From assembly GCA_038258875.1 (NCBI GenBank), contig JBBSPK010000002.1:5237-69236 (forward strand): a DNA stretch of 64,000 bases, given 5' to 3'. Each line of letters starts with the position of its first letter. Position 1 is the first letter of the stretch. The stretch is from Chitinophagales bacterium. GTDB lineage: Bacteria; Bacteroidota; Bacteroidia; Chitinophagales; Chitinophagaceae. Below are positions 21,076-35,005 of the stretch, piece after piece. The translations under genes were made by a program, and so were the position numbers. The notes beneath the pieces were generated by a model that saw only the letters and a program-made list of their open reading frames with translations, was not told the origin of the DNA and ran no database searches.

Positions 21076-24000
21076 ATGAAAATTGTTCTTTTTAAAACTG
21101 CTTTCCGCTACAGACGGGAGAATTTACTCATCAAAATTTTGCGGATCATGAAGCTCACTGCTTTTTTATTATTCGCTGCTTGTTTACAAATTAGCGCAAA
21201 AGGTATTGCACAAAAGGTTACGATTTCCTTGAAAAATGTGCCTGTGCAAAAGGTGTTTAAAGAAATCTCGAGGCAAACGGGTATTTCGATAGTTTACAAT
21301 GAAAATTTATTTAATGAATTTTCACCTGTTACGATTGTTGTAAAAAATGCTTCTGTTGAGCAGGTGCTTGATGATTGTTTAAAAGGCCAGCCTGTTACTT
21401 ATACTGTAGAAAATAACAGTATTGTAATTAAACAAAAAACTTCCATTACAACTTTATTTCAATCTAAAAATAATTTTTTGCCTCCCTCTCTTATAGATAT
21501 AAAAGGAAGGGTAGCAAATGAAAACGGTGAACCGCTTTCCGGAACAACCGTAACAGTTAGGGGCACCAGCAAAGCAACAGCCACAGATGATAATGGCTTG
21601 TTTGAATTGAAAGAAATAAATGAAAATGCAACCCTTGTTTTTAGTAATGTTGGATATGAGAATAATGCGGTGCCTGTTTTAAAACGAACTACCATTAACG
21701 TAGTTTTAAAAGCCACTACAAAGTCAATAGATGAAGTTGTAGTGGTAGGTTATGGTACACAAAGAAAAAAAGATGTGATTGGCGCAGTATCATCAGTGAA
21801 TACAAAAAACATTGGGAAGCTTACCGGGGGTGATGTTTCAAATCTCTTGCAGGGGCAGGCTGCGGGTGTTAATGCTGCATCAGCTTCTGCAGATCCTGGT
21901 GCAAGGCCTTTAATAAGAGTAAGGGGCTTATCAACCATTGGCAATAATGAACCATTATATATAATTGACGGCATTCCCGGCGATATTGTCGCAGTAAACC
22001 CATCAGATATACAGTCAATTGATATTTTAAAAGATGCATCAGCTGCTACAATCTATGGTTCCCGTGCATCAAATGGTGTAATTATTATTACCACAAAACG
22101 TGGCCATGAAGGGAAAATACAAATCAATTTAAGCACCTATTACGGCGCAAACAGCCTTGCAAAAAAAGTAGCCGTTGCCAACAGGGAACAGTATAATACT
22201 ATTTTAAAACAGGCATTTGATAATGATGGTTCACCCAATTATCCTGACTATGTAGCAAATGATACCTATATTGATGCAGATGGTAAAACGCAGCAATATG
22301 CCAATACAAACTGGCAGAATGCATTTTTTCGCAATGCACCTGAGAATAAAACTGATTTTAGTATTTCCGGCGGAACAAAAGATATGAAGATGAATGTTTC
22401 CTTCGGCAAGTATAGCCTCGACGGTATTGCAATAAACACCAGCTACGATAAATACAACCTCCAGGTAAATACAGATTTCACAAAAGGCAAATTCAAATTC
22501 GGACAATCATTTACTTACTCATTTGGTAAAAGACATTTATTGTGGGGCACTAATGAAAGCACTGCCAACGGGCAAAACGCAGGATTTGCACCAATTTATT
22601 ATCCCATAATTATTGTTCCCCATCGCCCCATTTATGATCAAAATAATGACGGCGGTTACAGTGCACGCATCGGCAATCAAATGCTTGATGATTTCAACCC
22701 TGTAGGCATCCAGGAACTCATCACCAATTACAGCGCTGATAATATTATGCTGGCCAATGCCTATGGCGAATACCAGATAATTGCGCCGCTTTCATTCAGG
22801 CTGCAGTATGGTGTGGGCATTACTGATGGGTCATCTTACTATCATGAGCCCACTTATTATATGGGTAACCAGGCCAACAACCCTACAGCAACTTTATCGG
22901 AGGCAAGGGATAAAACCATTCATGATGTATTAAATGCTGTGTTCACTTATAATAAAATTTTTAACACCATACATTCATTAAATGCAATTGCAGGCTATTC
23001 AGAGGAAACCAACAAGTATAAAAGCCTGAGTGGGTCCAACTCAAATCTTCCCTCAAATGTGCTTCTCTCTTTGGGTGGTGGTATCGGCGACCAGTCATCG
23101 GGGGGCTCTTTGCTCGAAAGTTCCTTGCGTTCCTATTTTGCAAGAGTAAATTACGCATATAGTGGTACGTATCTTTTAGGTGCAAGTATAAGGAGAGATG
23201 GCTCCTCCCGGTTCTCAACATCAAAACGCTATGGAACTTTTTATTCAGGTACGGCTGCATGGCGCATCAGCAATGAAAAATTTTTCAAGAACAATATTTC
23301 GTTTATTAATGATTTCAAAATAAGGGGGAGTTATGGTATTCTAGGTAATCAAAGCATACCTGATTACCTGTACCTTCCGCCACCCGTATCTATCAATGAT
23401 CCCAACAGTGATGTAAACATCAATTATCCATTAGGCCCGGGGCTACGGCAGGCAATTGCAACTGGTAATATTATCACCACTGCATCAAGCCCCAATATTC
23501 AATGGGAGCAATCTGCTACAGCTAATATCGGTTTTGACCTGAGTATGTTTAAAGATAAAGTGCTTATAGTTTTTGATGCCTTTAAAACCAAAACGAAAGA
23601 CATGCTTATCAGTTTGCCTCTCCCGCCATCTGCAGGATTACTTTCTAACCCACTCGCAAATGCCGGTGAAATGGAAAACAAGGGAATTGATATTTCTGCC
23701 ACATACAAAAAAAATTCCAGGACTGTAAAATTTGATATTACCGGGAATTTTACTTTGAACAGAAACAAGATTATAAAACTGGGGACAGCCAGCGAATATT
23801 ATCTTGATGGCTATCTTGATTATAATAATTTCCCCACGACAAGAACGGAAACAGGCTTCGGTATCGGCCAATTTTATTTGTTTAAAGCCGATGGCATTAT
23901 AAAAACTGATAAGGAACTGGACGCTGCAAAAATATTACAACCCAATGCCAGCCTGGGCGATATTCGTTTTGCAGATGTAAATGGCGACGTGCAACTCACC

Positions 24001-24513
24001 GATGATGATCGTACTTATTTCGGTTCAGGACTTCCAAAATTTGAATATGGCTTAACTGCCAATATTTATTACAAAAATTTCGACCTGAATATTTTTATAC
24101 AGGGAACTCAGGGAAATAAAATTTATAATGGCATTAAGCGCTTACTTTATACAAACGGCTTGTGGAACAAGTCAACCGATTTGCTGGATGGATGGTCACT
24201 ATCGAATCCCGGCTCCAATATTCCAAGAAATACCTTCAGCGATCCCAATGGAAATTTTAGCAGGCCAAGTAATTTGTTTCTCGAAGACGGCTCTTACCTG
24301 CGATTGAAAAGTATGCAGATAGGATACAATCCCCAAATAAAAAATTTCAACGCTGTAAGAATATATATAGGCGCAACCAATGTTTTCACCATTACGAAAT
24401 ATACAGGCTTCGATCCCGGTGTAGTAAACTACTCTTCTTTTGCAAGAGGTGTTGACAGGGGATTATATCCTCTTTCAAAAAGTTTTTATGCGGGCATATC
24501 CTTAAATTTCTAA
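21076..24513 (+). CDS. SusC-like TonB-dependent transducer (STN domain)
   Basis: N-terminal STN, EVVVVGYGTQ, IDILKDASAATIYGSRASNGVIIITTKRG, C-terminal Phe. Confidence 0.96.
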   Translation: MKIVLFKTAFRYRRENLLIKILRIMKLTAFLLFAACLQISAKGIAQKVTISLKNVPVQKVFKEISRQTGISIVYNENLFNEFSPVTIVVKNASVEQVLDDCLKGQPVTYTVENNSIVIKQKTSITTLFQSKNNFLPPSLIDIKGRVANENGEPLSGTTVTVRGTSKATATDDNGLFELKEINENATLVFSNVGYENNAVPVLKRTTINVVLKATTKSIDEVVVVGYGTQRKKDVIGAVSSVNTKNIGKLTGGDVSNLLQGQAAGVNAASASADPGARPLIRVRGLSTIGNNEPLYIIDGIPGDIVAVNPSDIQSIDILKDASAATIYGSRASNGVIIITTKRGHEGKIQINLSTYYGANSLAKKVAVANREQYNTILKQAFDNDGSPNYPDYVANDTYIDADGKTQQYANTNWQNAFFRNAPENKTDFSISGGTKDMKMNVSFGKYSLDGIAINTSYDKYNLQVNTDFTKGKFKFGQSFTYSFGKRHLLWGTNESTANGQNAGFAPIYYPIIIVPHRPIYDQNNDGGYSARIGNQMLDDFNPVGIQELITNYSADNIMLANAYGEYQIIAPLSFRLQYGVGITDGSSYYHEPTYYMGNQANNPTATLSEARDKTIHDVLNAVFTYNKIFNTIHSLNAIAGYSEETNKYKSLSGSNSNLPSNVLLSLGGGIGDQSSGGSLLESSLRSYFARVNYAYSGTYLLGASIRRDGSSRFSTSKRYGTFYSGTAAWRISNEKFFKNNISFINDFKIRGSYGILGNQSIPDYLYLPPPVSINDPNSDVNINYPLGPGLRQAIATGNIITTASSPNIQWEQSATANIGFDLSMFKDKVLIVFDAFKTKTKDMLISLPLPPSAGLLSNPLANAGEMENKGIDISATYKKNSRTVKFDITGNFTLNRNKIIKLGTASEYYLDGYLDYNNFPTTRTETGFGIGQFYLFKADGIIKTDKELDAAKILQPNASLGDIRFADVNGDVQLTDDDRTYFGSGLPKFEYGLTANIYYKNFDLNIFIQGTQGNKIYNGIKRLLYTNGLWNKSTDLLDGWSLSNPGSNIPRNTFSDPNGNFSRPSNLFLEDGSYLRLKSMQIGYNPQIKNFNAVRIYIGATNVFTITKYTGFDPGVVNYSSFARGVDRGLYPLSKSFYAGISLNF

Positions 24514-24534
24514 TTAACTTTTCAATTAATTTTT

Positions 24535-26091
24535 ATGAAAAAAATAATTTGCTACACAATTACCATCTTACTGGTAATGCTCACTTTCAGTTCATGTAAT
24601 AAAGATTTTTTAGATAAAAAAAATAAGAGCCAGTTATCAGGCGCCTCGTTTTGGACGAGTAAGAATGATGCACTTGCAGCCATCACTGCCACCTATGCAG
24701 CGCTTCAATCCAATACCGGCAGCAAATGGACATGGTTTGAGGAGACTTATATTGCATCAGAATATAAGACCGATGAAATAATGGATAATAAAAGCAGCGG
24801 CTATGGCGCTTCGTTGCATGCTTATACTTATACAACTGATGTATCTTATTTTACCAATCTTTGGGCAATGTGTTTTGCGGGTATTAACCGGGCCAATCAG
24901 TGCATCGAAAATATTCCCAATATTTCCAGCAATGTACAAACAGGCTTAAGCGATGATGAAAAAAAATCGCTGATCTCGGAAGCAAAATTTTTACGTGCGC
25001 ACTTTTATTTTGTACTGCTGAATTATTTTGAAAATATACCACTCATTAATTTCGCAGTAAAAAAAGATGAGGATTATTATCAGCCCGAAGCGCCCCGCGA
25101 TCAAATATGGCAACTGGTAGAAAATGACCTGAAAGAGGCGCAACAGAATTTGCCTGAAAGGCGTGCCGGCAGCGAGATCGGACGTGTTACAAAATATACG
25201 GCCAGTGCTTACCTCGGCAAAGTTTATTTGTTCCAGGAAAAATTTGATGAAGCACATGTACAATTTGCGCAGGTTATTGCAAGCGGCATATATTCTTTGC
25301 TGCCCAATTTTGAGGACAACTTTAATGGCACTTCAGAAAATGGCCCTGAAAGCCTTTTTGAAATTCAATTTTCTGCCGACCGGGCAAACGGCAACGACGA
25401 ACGCAACCCCATTTCATGGGAAATTTCACCAGGGGTTGTAGGCGGCTGGGAATTATTTTATCCGTCACCATGGATGGTGGATGAATTGAAAACTGATAAA
25501 CGCAGCGACGGAGATTACAGCGATCGTGTTTATGGAACCATATTTTTTGATAATGCGCAATCAAAAACAGCGGTGGTTGACCAGCCCGGAACTTTTAAAT
25601 TATATTCAGAAATAAAACCGGATTTGGACTATGCTTATTTCTTTAAAAAATATACACAACCTACGGACCTTGCCGATAACGGAAACTATACCGGCTTAAA
25701 CATGAATCTCCTTCGTTACGCAGATGTGTTGCTGATGGATGCAGAAGTATTAAACGAATTGAATAAAACCTCTGATGCAATAACGCTTGTAAACCAGGTA
25801 AGGGAACGTGCAAAGGCGGCGCCCCTCGCATCATTGACCCAGTCTCAGCTTCGTGAAGAAATCCGCCATCATGAGCGGCCGTGCGAACTTGCAATGGAAT
25901 ATCAGATCCGCTGGCCCGATATGCTTCGCTACTCATTAAGCAAAGTAGCTCCGGAAAAAATAAGTGATCAATTGAAGATGCATGCTCATGAGTTTGCAAA
26001 TAATTTTATTGAAGGCAAACACAATATTTACCCGGTGCCTTTTTCAGAGATAAGTAAAAACCCGAAAATACACCAGGCCGCTGGTTGGTAA
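24535..26091 (+). CDS. SusD/RagB glycan-binding lipoprotein
   Basis: Lipobox FSSC; EAKFLRAHFYF, LRYADVLLMDAE, ERPCELAME. Confidence 0.94.
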   Translation: MKKIICYTITILLVMLTFSSCNKDFLDKKNKSQLSGASFWTSKNDALAAITATYAALQSNTGSKWTWFEETYIASEYKTDEIMDNKSSGYGASLHAYTYTTDVSYFTNLWAMCFAGINRANQCIENIPNISSNVQTGLSDDEKKSLISEAKFLRAHFYFVLLNYFENIPLINFAVKKDEDYYQPEAPRDQIWQLVENDLKEAQQNLPERRAGSEIGRVTKYTASAYLGKVYLFQEKFDEAHVQFAQVIASGIYSLLPNFEDNFNGTSENGPESLFEIQFSADRANGNDERNPISWEISPGVVGGWELFYPSPWMVDELKTDKRSDGDYSDRVYGTIFFDNAQSKTAVVDQPGTFKLYSEIKPDLDYAYFFKKYTQPTDLADNGNYTGLNMNLLRYADVLLMDAEVLNELNKTSDAITLVNQVRERAKAAPLASLTQSQLREEIRHHERPCELAMEYQIRWPDMLRYSLSKVAPEKISDQLKMHAHEFANNFIEGKHNIYPVPFSEISKNPKIHQAAGW

Positions 26092-26145
26092 TTGATTCAT
26101 GAATAAACTAGCCATCCCCTCTAAACCAGGCAAGCTTAACCAAAT

Positions 26146-26186
26146 AAAACAAGGAGCTATTCTTTAATAACTCCTTGTTTTTATTT
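26146..26186 (+). terminator. Hairpin between susD and GH2 (terminator or mRNA-stability element)
   Basis: AAAACAAGGAG...CTCCTTGTTTT followed by T-rich tail. Confidence 0.6.
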
Positions 26187-26198
26187 ACTAACTAATAA

Positions 26199-29342
<3,144 letters not shown>

Positions 29343-29409
29343 AGCAATTTATTGCTGAAGAAATTGATAATGCTGGTAAAATATAAATAGCTGGTGAAGC
29401 TACTTCAGG

Positions 29410-29476
29410 GTTTCGGGTGCAAGTGTGCGACGCAACAGGTGCTAAACAGAATTACAAAAGCCGGTAACAAAAAAAT
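29410..29476 (+). repeat. Dispersed repeat family copy 1, preceded by a REP-like dyad at 29321-29417
   Basis: GTTTCGGGTGCAAGTGTGCGACGCAACAGG...; homologous to 31722-31785 and 31847-31904. Confidence 0.7.
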
Positions 29477-29485
29477 AAAACTTAA

Positions 29486-31720
29486 ATGATAAAAAAGTTT
29501 ATCACATCTTCCGGAATTCTTTTTTTTCTTTTTTCAAATGTAGTCGCACAACTCAGCCTAGATCAGTATTGCAGCAAAGTGGTTGTACAGGACAGCATGG
29601 AAATTTCTTTGTACTCGCCAACAATGTTCCGCTTTCGTATTTCACATTTGCAACGGGAAAAATTTCCTGCGCAATATGAAATTCCTTTCGCTATCGGCAA
29701 AACAACCAACTGGAATAAAGTTGCATTCAGCAAAAATGAAGATGCAGTTTTTTATTACATCAGCACAGACAGTCTACAGATACGCATTACAAAACGTGGC
29801 TTGATTTGGAGTATGTGGAATAAAATTTCTGGCAAAAAAATTTGCCCTTCAGATGGGCCGGTGTATGGAATGTTTAAAGATGGTTATACTGTTTTTGATA
29901 ATGTGAGTTCATTCAACGCACCTTCAAAAATCAACCGCTACTCCCATTGGTTTTACAATCCTGCAGCAAAAAATTATACTGATGTTTATTTAGAAAACGA
30001 TTTAATTGACGATACTTATTTTATTTACGGGCCATCTTACTCAGAATTGTTTGCGCAGATGAATGAATTGGTGGGGCCTGAACCCTTACTTCCTAAAAAA
30101 GGTTATGGATTTTTTCAAACACAGCATTTAAGTTGTAAGGGCTCACAGGAACAATTGATGGAAGTAGCAAAAAAATTTCGTGAAAAAAATATTCCGCTTG
30201 ATCATTTTATTTTGGATTTTGAATGGGGGGATGGCTGCGATGGCGATAAAGAAGTTACATGGGGCAGCCGCCTTGACTGGAATAAGAATTATACCTATCC
30301 CCTTTCGCCTGAACAAATGATAAAAAAACTCGACAGCATGCACATTAATATAATGCTGATACATCACAACGCGGGTAATTTTGCAACACGAAAACACCAG
30401 GGATGGACCGAGACTGAATACGATGAAAAAACCTGGTGGAACAAATACAAACAAAGTTTGGACATGGGTGTCCGCGGCACATGGCAGGACACAAGATTAA
30501 ACGATATCACCGACAGTTACATTTACAACCGCACACAAGATTATTATGGCGATGATAAAAGAGTGTTGTTTCTTGGATGCAGAAAAATGGTATCGCTCAA
30601 TCCCTGGGATTTTCGTTTTAGTGTAATGCCCACGGAAAACATGATTGGCGCAAGGCGTTATCCTTTTCACTGGACAGAAGATTGCTCGTCGACGTGGAAT
30701 GAAATGGCTTTTCAACTGAAAGCAATCAACAACACCTACGGTCCTATGAGTGGTTATTCATACCTCGCATCAGATGTAATCGGTTCAACATGGCAAATAC
30801 AGGCAAGATGGAACCAGTTCACAGCTTTAAGCGCTGTTGCCCGTTCACACAATCCAAAACCATGGAGTGGCGATATTGATGTAAATGATTTTATAAACAA
30901 AATACGCATCACAGGAAGAGACACGGTGAAAATTTCAGCACAAACAGAAATAGAACAAAAAGAAACTGCTGAAAAAAGTATAAGAAAATATTTGCAGTTG
31001 CGTTATCGCCTGCTGCCATACATTTATTCTTATGCGTTTGTAAATTATTTAACCGGCATGCCCGTTACAAGGCCCTTGCTGCTAGCATTTCCAGAGGATT
31101 ATATCTGTTCATCTGATGCATGGCCTTATGAATACATGCTTGGTGAAAATATTTTGGTAGCGCCTGTTTATGGCGATTTCAACTCTATGGAAATTTATTT
31201 ACCAAAAGAATTTGACTGGATTGATTACGAAACAAAAGAAGAATTCAAAGGAGGCGGTATTATCACTTACAACACCTCCGACATTAACAAGCTTCCCATA
31301 TTTATAAAAAAAGGGGCAATCGTTCCCATGCGACAACAAAGCAACTGGATTGATACAAAAGTTGCTGATATAATTACGCTTGATATTTATCCCGCAGGTA
31401 CCATTTCATCTTTTACTTTGTATGAAGATGATGGTGAAACGATGCAGTATCAAAAAGGGAAATTCAGCAAAACAATTATCAATTGCGAAAAGAAAAATGA
31501 CATTACCGTAAGCATTGATAAAATGGAAGGCAATTATAAAGGCAAACCTGCAAGTCAGCTATTTCTTCTAAAAATAAATGATGTGCTGAAAATTCCGAAA
31601 GTTGTACAAATAAATAATGCCTTAGAAAGCAATTGGAAATATGATGCAGACAACAAAACAGTTTGGGTACAAATAAAAAAACAAACAGATACTAAATCAA
31701 CAATCGTTATAAAGAAATAG
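29486..31720 (+). CDS. GH31 alpha-glycosidase (atypical catalytic motifs)
   Basis: IPLDHFILDFEW, GTWQDT (nucleophile), HWTED (acid/base), LRYRLLPYIYS, TGMPVTRPL, YMLGENILVAPV, LYEDDG. Confidence 0.88.
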   Translation: MIKKFITSSGILFFLFSNVVAQLSLDQYCSKVVVQDSMEISLYSPTMFRFRISHLQREKFPAQYEIPFAIGKTTNWNKVAFSKNEDAVFYYISTDSLQIRITKRGLIWSMWNKISGKKICPSDGPVYGMFKDGYTVFDNVSSFNAPSKINRYSHWFYNPAAKNYTDVYLENDLIDDTYFIYGPSYSELFAQMNELVGPEPLLPKKGYGFFQTQHLSCKGSQEQLMEVAKKFREKNIPLDHFILDFEWGDGCDGDKEVTWGSRLDWNKNYTYPLSPEQMIKKLDSMHINIMLIHHNAGNFATRKHQGWTETEYDEKTWWNKYKQSLDMGVRGTWQDTRLNDITDSYIYNRTQDYYGDDKRVLFLGCRKMVSLNPWDFRFSVMPTENMIGARRYPFHWTEDCSSTWNEMAFQLKAINNTYGPMSGYSYLASDVIGSTWQIQARWNQFTALSAVARSHNPKPWSGDIDVNDFINKIRITGRDTVKISAQTEIEQKETAEKSIRKYLQLRYRLLPYIYSYAFVNYLTGMPVTRPLLLAFPEDYICSSDAWPYEYMLGENILVAPVYGDFNSMEIYLPKEFDWIDYETKEEFKGGGIITYNTSDINKLPIFIKKGAIVPMRQQSNWIDTKVADIITLDIYPAGTISSFTLYEDDGETMQYQKGKFSKTIINCEKKNDITVSIDKMEGNYKGKPASQLFLLKINDVLKIPKVVQINNALESNWKYDADNKTVWVQIKKQTDTKSTIVIKK

Positions 31721-31721
31721 C

Positions 31722-31904
31722 TTTATGAGCCGGGCTTTAGTTTATCATAGCAACTTCCCTTGCATTGCACTCTTGTACCCGAAACACGTGAAGGACTGTT
31801 CAATCTTCTTCTCTTTACTCCCCTTTACGGAATGAGGGCTTCAATAGTACAGGTGTGCGATGCAAGGGAAGTTGAACAGAAATACAAAGCTGTAACCAAA
31901 AAAT
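31722..31904. repeat. Inverted pair of the same repeat family (copies 2 and 3) around a REP-like core; MITE-like
   Basis: Reverse complement of 31751-31778 GTACAAGAGTGCAATGCAAGGGAAGTTG versus 31847-31874 GTACAGGTGTGCGATGCAAGGGAAGTTG (25/28 identical). Confidence 0.75.
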
Positions 31905-31909
31905 ATAAT

Positions 31910-34210
31910 ATGAATTTTTCGGAAAAAGAAATCGAATCCCTTGTAAAAAAATATTATTTGCTTGATGTAACTGCAAAGGCATTGACGGGCGAATACGAAT
32001 TTAACTTTTTGCTTAGCGGAGCCGATGGAACAAAATATATTTTTAAAGCAGCAAGCGATGAGCATAGCTATGATTTTTTTGATGCACAGGTAAAGATTGT
32101 GCAACATCTTACCAGGAGTGACGTTGCAGATATGTTTTACAAATATTTGCCGGATTCTGAGGGAAAAGAATTAGTTGTTGTGCAGCTGGATGACAAAAAA
32201 TATTATTTGCGTTTACTTACGTTTTTAGAAGGAGAATTTTGGATGAACTTGCGGGAACGTTCAGATGCGCTGCATGTTGACCTGGGGAATTTTTTAGGCA
32301 GGATGGACAAAGCATTGGAAAATTTTTCTCATCCTTCCATGCATCGCTATTATCTGTGGGACATTAGCAACGCTGCAGATGCAAACGGGAAACTACTTTG
32401 CATCAAAGACCATGAGCGAAGAAGAATAGCAGGATATTTTTTATTACAGTTTGAGACCGAAGTATTGCCGGTGATCAGTTCATTGCGACATGCCTATACA
32501 CATCATGATGCAAATGATACCAACATTTTGGTACAGGGTGATAAAGTTTCCGGCCTTATTGATTTCAGCGATATGGTGTACACTGCGCTGATTAACAACC
32601 TAACAGTGGCATGTACTTATGCAATGATGAATCATGATAACCCGCTCCATGCCGCAATGCTTGTGGTGAAAGGTTATCATGCATCATATCCATTGACAGA
32701 AAAGGAGATTGACCTGCTCTACTACCTGATCGCTGCAAGACTTTGCATTAGCGTAGCACAGTCTGCACATAATGCATCAATTGAAACAAACAATGACCAC
32801 CATTTCATTTCAGAAAAACCAGCATGGGATTTATTGTTCAAATTAATTAAGATAAATCCAATCAAAGCAGCCGATACTTTCAGAAAGTCTTGTGGTTTTT
32901 CATCCATCATCAATGAAGCAGATGATTATTCATTATTGGAAAAAGAAAGAAAACAATACATAGGCCGCAATTTAAGCATCGGGTATCAAAAACATTTAAA
33001 GATTGTAAAAGGCGCTTTACAATATTTATATGACGATAAGGGCAATACATACATTGATTGCGTAAATAACGTAAGCCATGTAGGGCATTGCCATCCTAGA
33101 GTTGTAAAAACAATGCAAAAACAAATTGCAACGCTCAACACTAATACAAGATATTTAAACGATAATATTACCGCCTTTGCTAAGGCACTCACATCAACAC
33201 TTCCGCCGAAACTCAACGTATGTTATTTCACCAACAGCGGCAGTGAAGCAAATGATTTAGCCATCCGGATGAGCCGTCATTTTACCAAGCAAAAAGATGT
33301 GATTGTTTTGGACTATGCGTATCATGGCACATCAACCGCTGCCATTGAAATGAGCCCATATAAATTTGATGGCGAAGGTGGTTTTGAAAAAAAGCCTTAT
33401 ATACATAAGGCCATTAATCCCGATTTATATAGAGGCATGTACCGCTATAATGATGATGAAGGGGGAAAGAAATATGCTGCAGATGTGCAACGCATTATTG
33501 AGGCATTGCAAAAAGAAAACAAAAATATTGCAGCTTTTATTTGCGAAACTCTGCTTGGCGTAGGTGGACAAATCCCGTTGCCTCAAGATTATTTAAGTGA
33601 AGTCTATAAATATGTGCGGGGTGCTGGCGGTGTATGCATTGCAGATGAAGTGCAGGTGGGATTCGGAAGGGTTGGTTCGGCATTCTGGGGTTTCCAGTTG
33701 CAGAATGTTGAACCTGATATTGTTGTGCTGGGCAAGCCTATCGGTAATGGCCATCCACTTGCAGCAGTAATAATAACAGACGAAATTGCAGATGCATTTA
33801 ACAATGGAATGGAATACTTCAACACCTTTGGCGGCAACCCGGTTTCAATGGTAACAGGTACTGCAGTGCTGGATGTAATTCATGAGGAAGCGTTACAAAA
33901 AAATGCATTGGAAACAGGTAATTATTTAATGGACGGTTTAAGAGGGCTGATGCATAAATATCCAATTATTGGAGATGTGCGTGGTCACGGATTATTTATT
34001 GGAGCTGAAATGGTGAGAGACAGAGCCACTCTTGAGCCCGCCGTAAGGGAAATCAACATCGTTGTTGAAAAAATGAAGAACAGAGGCTTTCTCATTAGTA
34101 CTGACGGCCCGTTACACAATGTTTTAAAAATAAAGCCTCCTCTTGTTTTTTCTAAAGAAAATGCAGCGGCATTAATACAAAATCTCGATGAGGTTTTGGA
34201 AGATATATAA
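31910..34210 (+). CDS. APH-type kinase fused to class-III PLP enzyme (hydroxylysine kinase / 5-phosphohydroxylysine phospho-lyase-like); start moved from 31760 to MNFSEK
   Basis: Kinase [11 protein letters not shown] and LIDFSD; PLP domain [57 protein letters not shown] as in AGXT2L-type phospho-lyases. Confidence 0.85.
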   Translation: MNFSEKEIESLVKKYYLLDVTAKALTGEYEFNFLLSGADGTKYIFKAASDEHSYDFFDAQVKIVQHLTRSDVADMFYKYLPDSEGKELVVVQLDDKKYYLRLLTFLEGEFWMNLRERSDALHVDLGNFLGRMDKALENFSHPSMHRYYLWDISNAADANGKLLCIKDHERRRIAGYFLLQFETEVLPVISSLRHAYTHHDANDTNILVQGDKVSGLIDFSDMVYTALINNLTVACTYAMMNHDNPLHAAMLVVKGYHASYPLTEKEIDLLYYLIAARLCISVAQSAHNASIETNNDHHFISEKPAWDLLFKLIKINPIKAADTFRKSCGFSSIINEADDYSLLEKERKQYIGRNLSIGYQKHLKIVKGALQYLYDDKGNTYIDCVNNVSHVGHCHPRVVKTMQKQIATLNTNTRYLNDNITAFAKALTSTLPPKLNVCYFTNSGSEANDLAIRMSRHFTKQKDVIVLDYAYHGTSTAAIEMSPYKFDGEGGFEKKPYIHKAINPDLYRGMYRYNDDEGGKKYAADVQRIIEALQKENKNIAAFICETLLGVGGQIPLPQDYLSEVYKYVRGAGGVCIADEVQVGFGRVGSAFWGFQLQNVEPDIVVLGKPIGNGHPLAAVIITDEIADAFNNGMEYFNTFGGNPVSMVTGTAVLDVIHEEALQKNALETGNYLMDGLRGLMHKYPIIGDVRGHGLFIGAEMVRDRATLEPAVREINIVVEKMKNRGFLISTDGPLHNVLKIKPPLVFSKENAAALIQNLDEVLEDI

Positions 34211-34249
34211 ATGGTATCTGTGTTTTGGGTTACTGCTTTTGTTAAGCTG

Positions 34250-34996
34250 TCAGGAATATTTTACATGTGATAAAATAATCCCCGTTGCTACGGCGGCATT
34301 TAATGATTCGGCATTGCCATATTTAGGAATCGTTATTTTTTGTGTAGCCATACCCAGTAATTCTTCGCTGATTCCCCTTGATTCGTTTCCAATTAAAATA
34401 ATGCCCTCCTTAATATTTTTTAATTCTGATACAGGGGTACCGGATAAAGCTGCTGCATAAATTTTAATATTATTGTTGGCCTTGATAAAACTTTTGAGCG
34501 CCACGTAGATTACATTTATTCTTGCAATACTTCCCATTGTTGATTGAATCACTTTCGGATTGTAGAAGTCTGCACAATTTTCGCTGCATATAATATTTTC
34601 AATTCCAAACCAATCTGCAATCCTTATAATCGTTCCCATGTTCCCGGGATCTTTAATATCATCAAGCATTAATGATAATCCATGAATTGCGGGAGTGTTA
34701 TGATGAATTTTTTTATCGAATACGGCTACAACTTTATTAGGCGTTTTTAAAAGAGATATTTTTTGGAGTATGGCTTCATCTGTTTCATAAATATTTTCCG
34801 GCAAATTATTTTTCAGGAGATTTTTATTTTCTAAAATCCATACTTTTTCGGCACATAGAATTGCACATCTAAAATTTTTGTCCGCTAATAATTCAGCAAC
34901 AATTTTTGGAGTCTCGGCAATAAACTGTCCATGTTCGTCCCTTAATTTTTTATGGCTCAAACTTTGGATATATTTGATGATTATTTTGCTCAACAT
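34250..34996 (-). CDS. TrmH/SpoU-family RNA methyltransferase
   Basis: DPGNMGTIIRIADWFG, IGNESRGI, ESLNAAVA. Confidence 0.93.
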   Translation of the reverse strand: MLSKIIIKYIQSLSHKKLRDEHGQFIAETPKIVAELLADKNFRCAILCAEKVWILENKNLLKNNLPENIYETDEAILQKISLLKTPNKVVAVFDKKIHHNTPAIHGLSLMLDDIKDPGNMGTIIRIADWFGIENIICSENCADFYNPKVIQSTMGSIARINVIYVALKSFIKANNNIKIYAAALSGTPVSELKNIKEGIILIGNESRGISEELLGMATQKITIPKYGNAESLNAAVATGIILSHVKYS

Positions 34997-35005
34997 GGCC
35001 TATAT

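Noticed and set aside
29410-31904. Repeat copies considered as a CRISPR array or integron attC sites
   Set aside because: Only three degenerate copies in mixed orientation, no regular spacers, no cas or integrase gene, no GTTRRRY/RYYYAAC ends
31760-31909. N-terminal 50-aa extension of the kinase/PLP ORF in the track
   Set aside because: It is a translation of the repeat element (VQVCDAREV); ATG at 31910 has the normal A-rich start context
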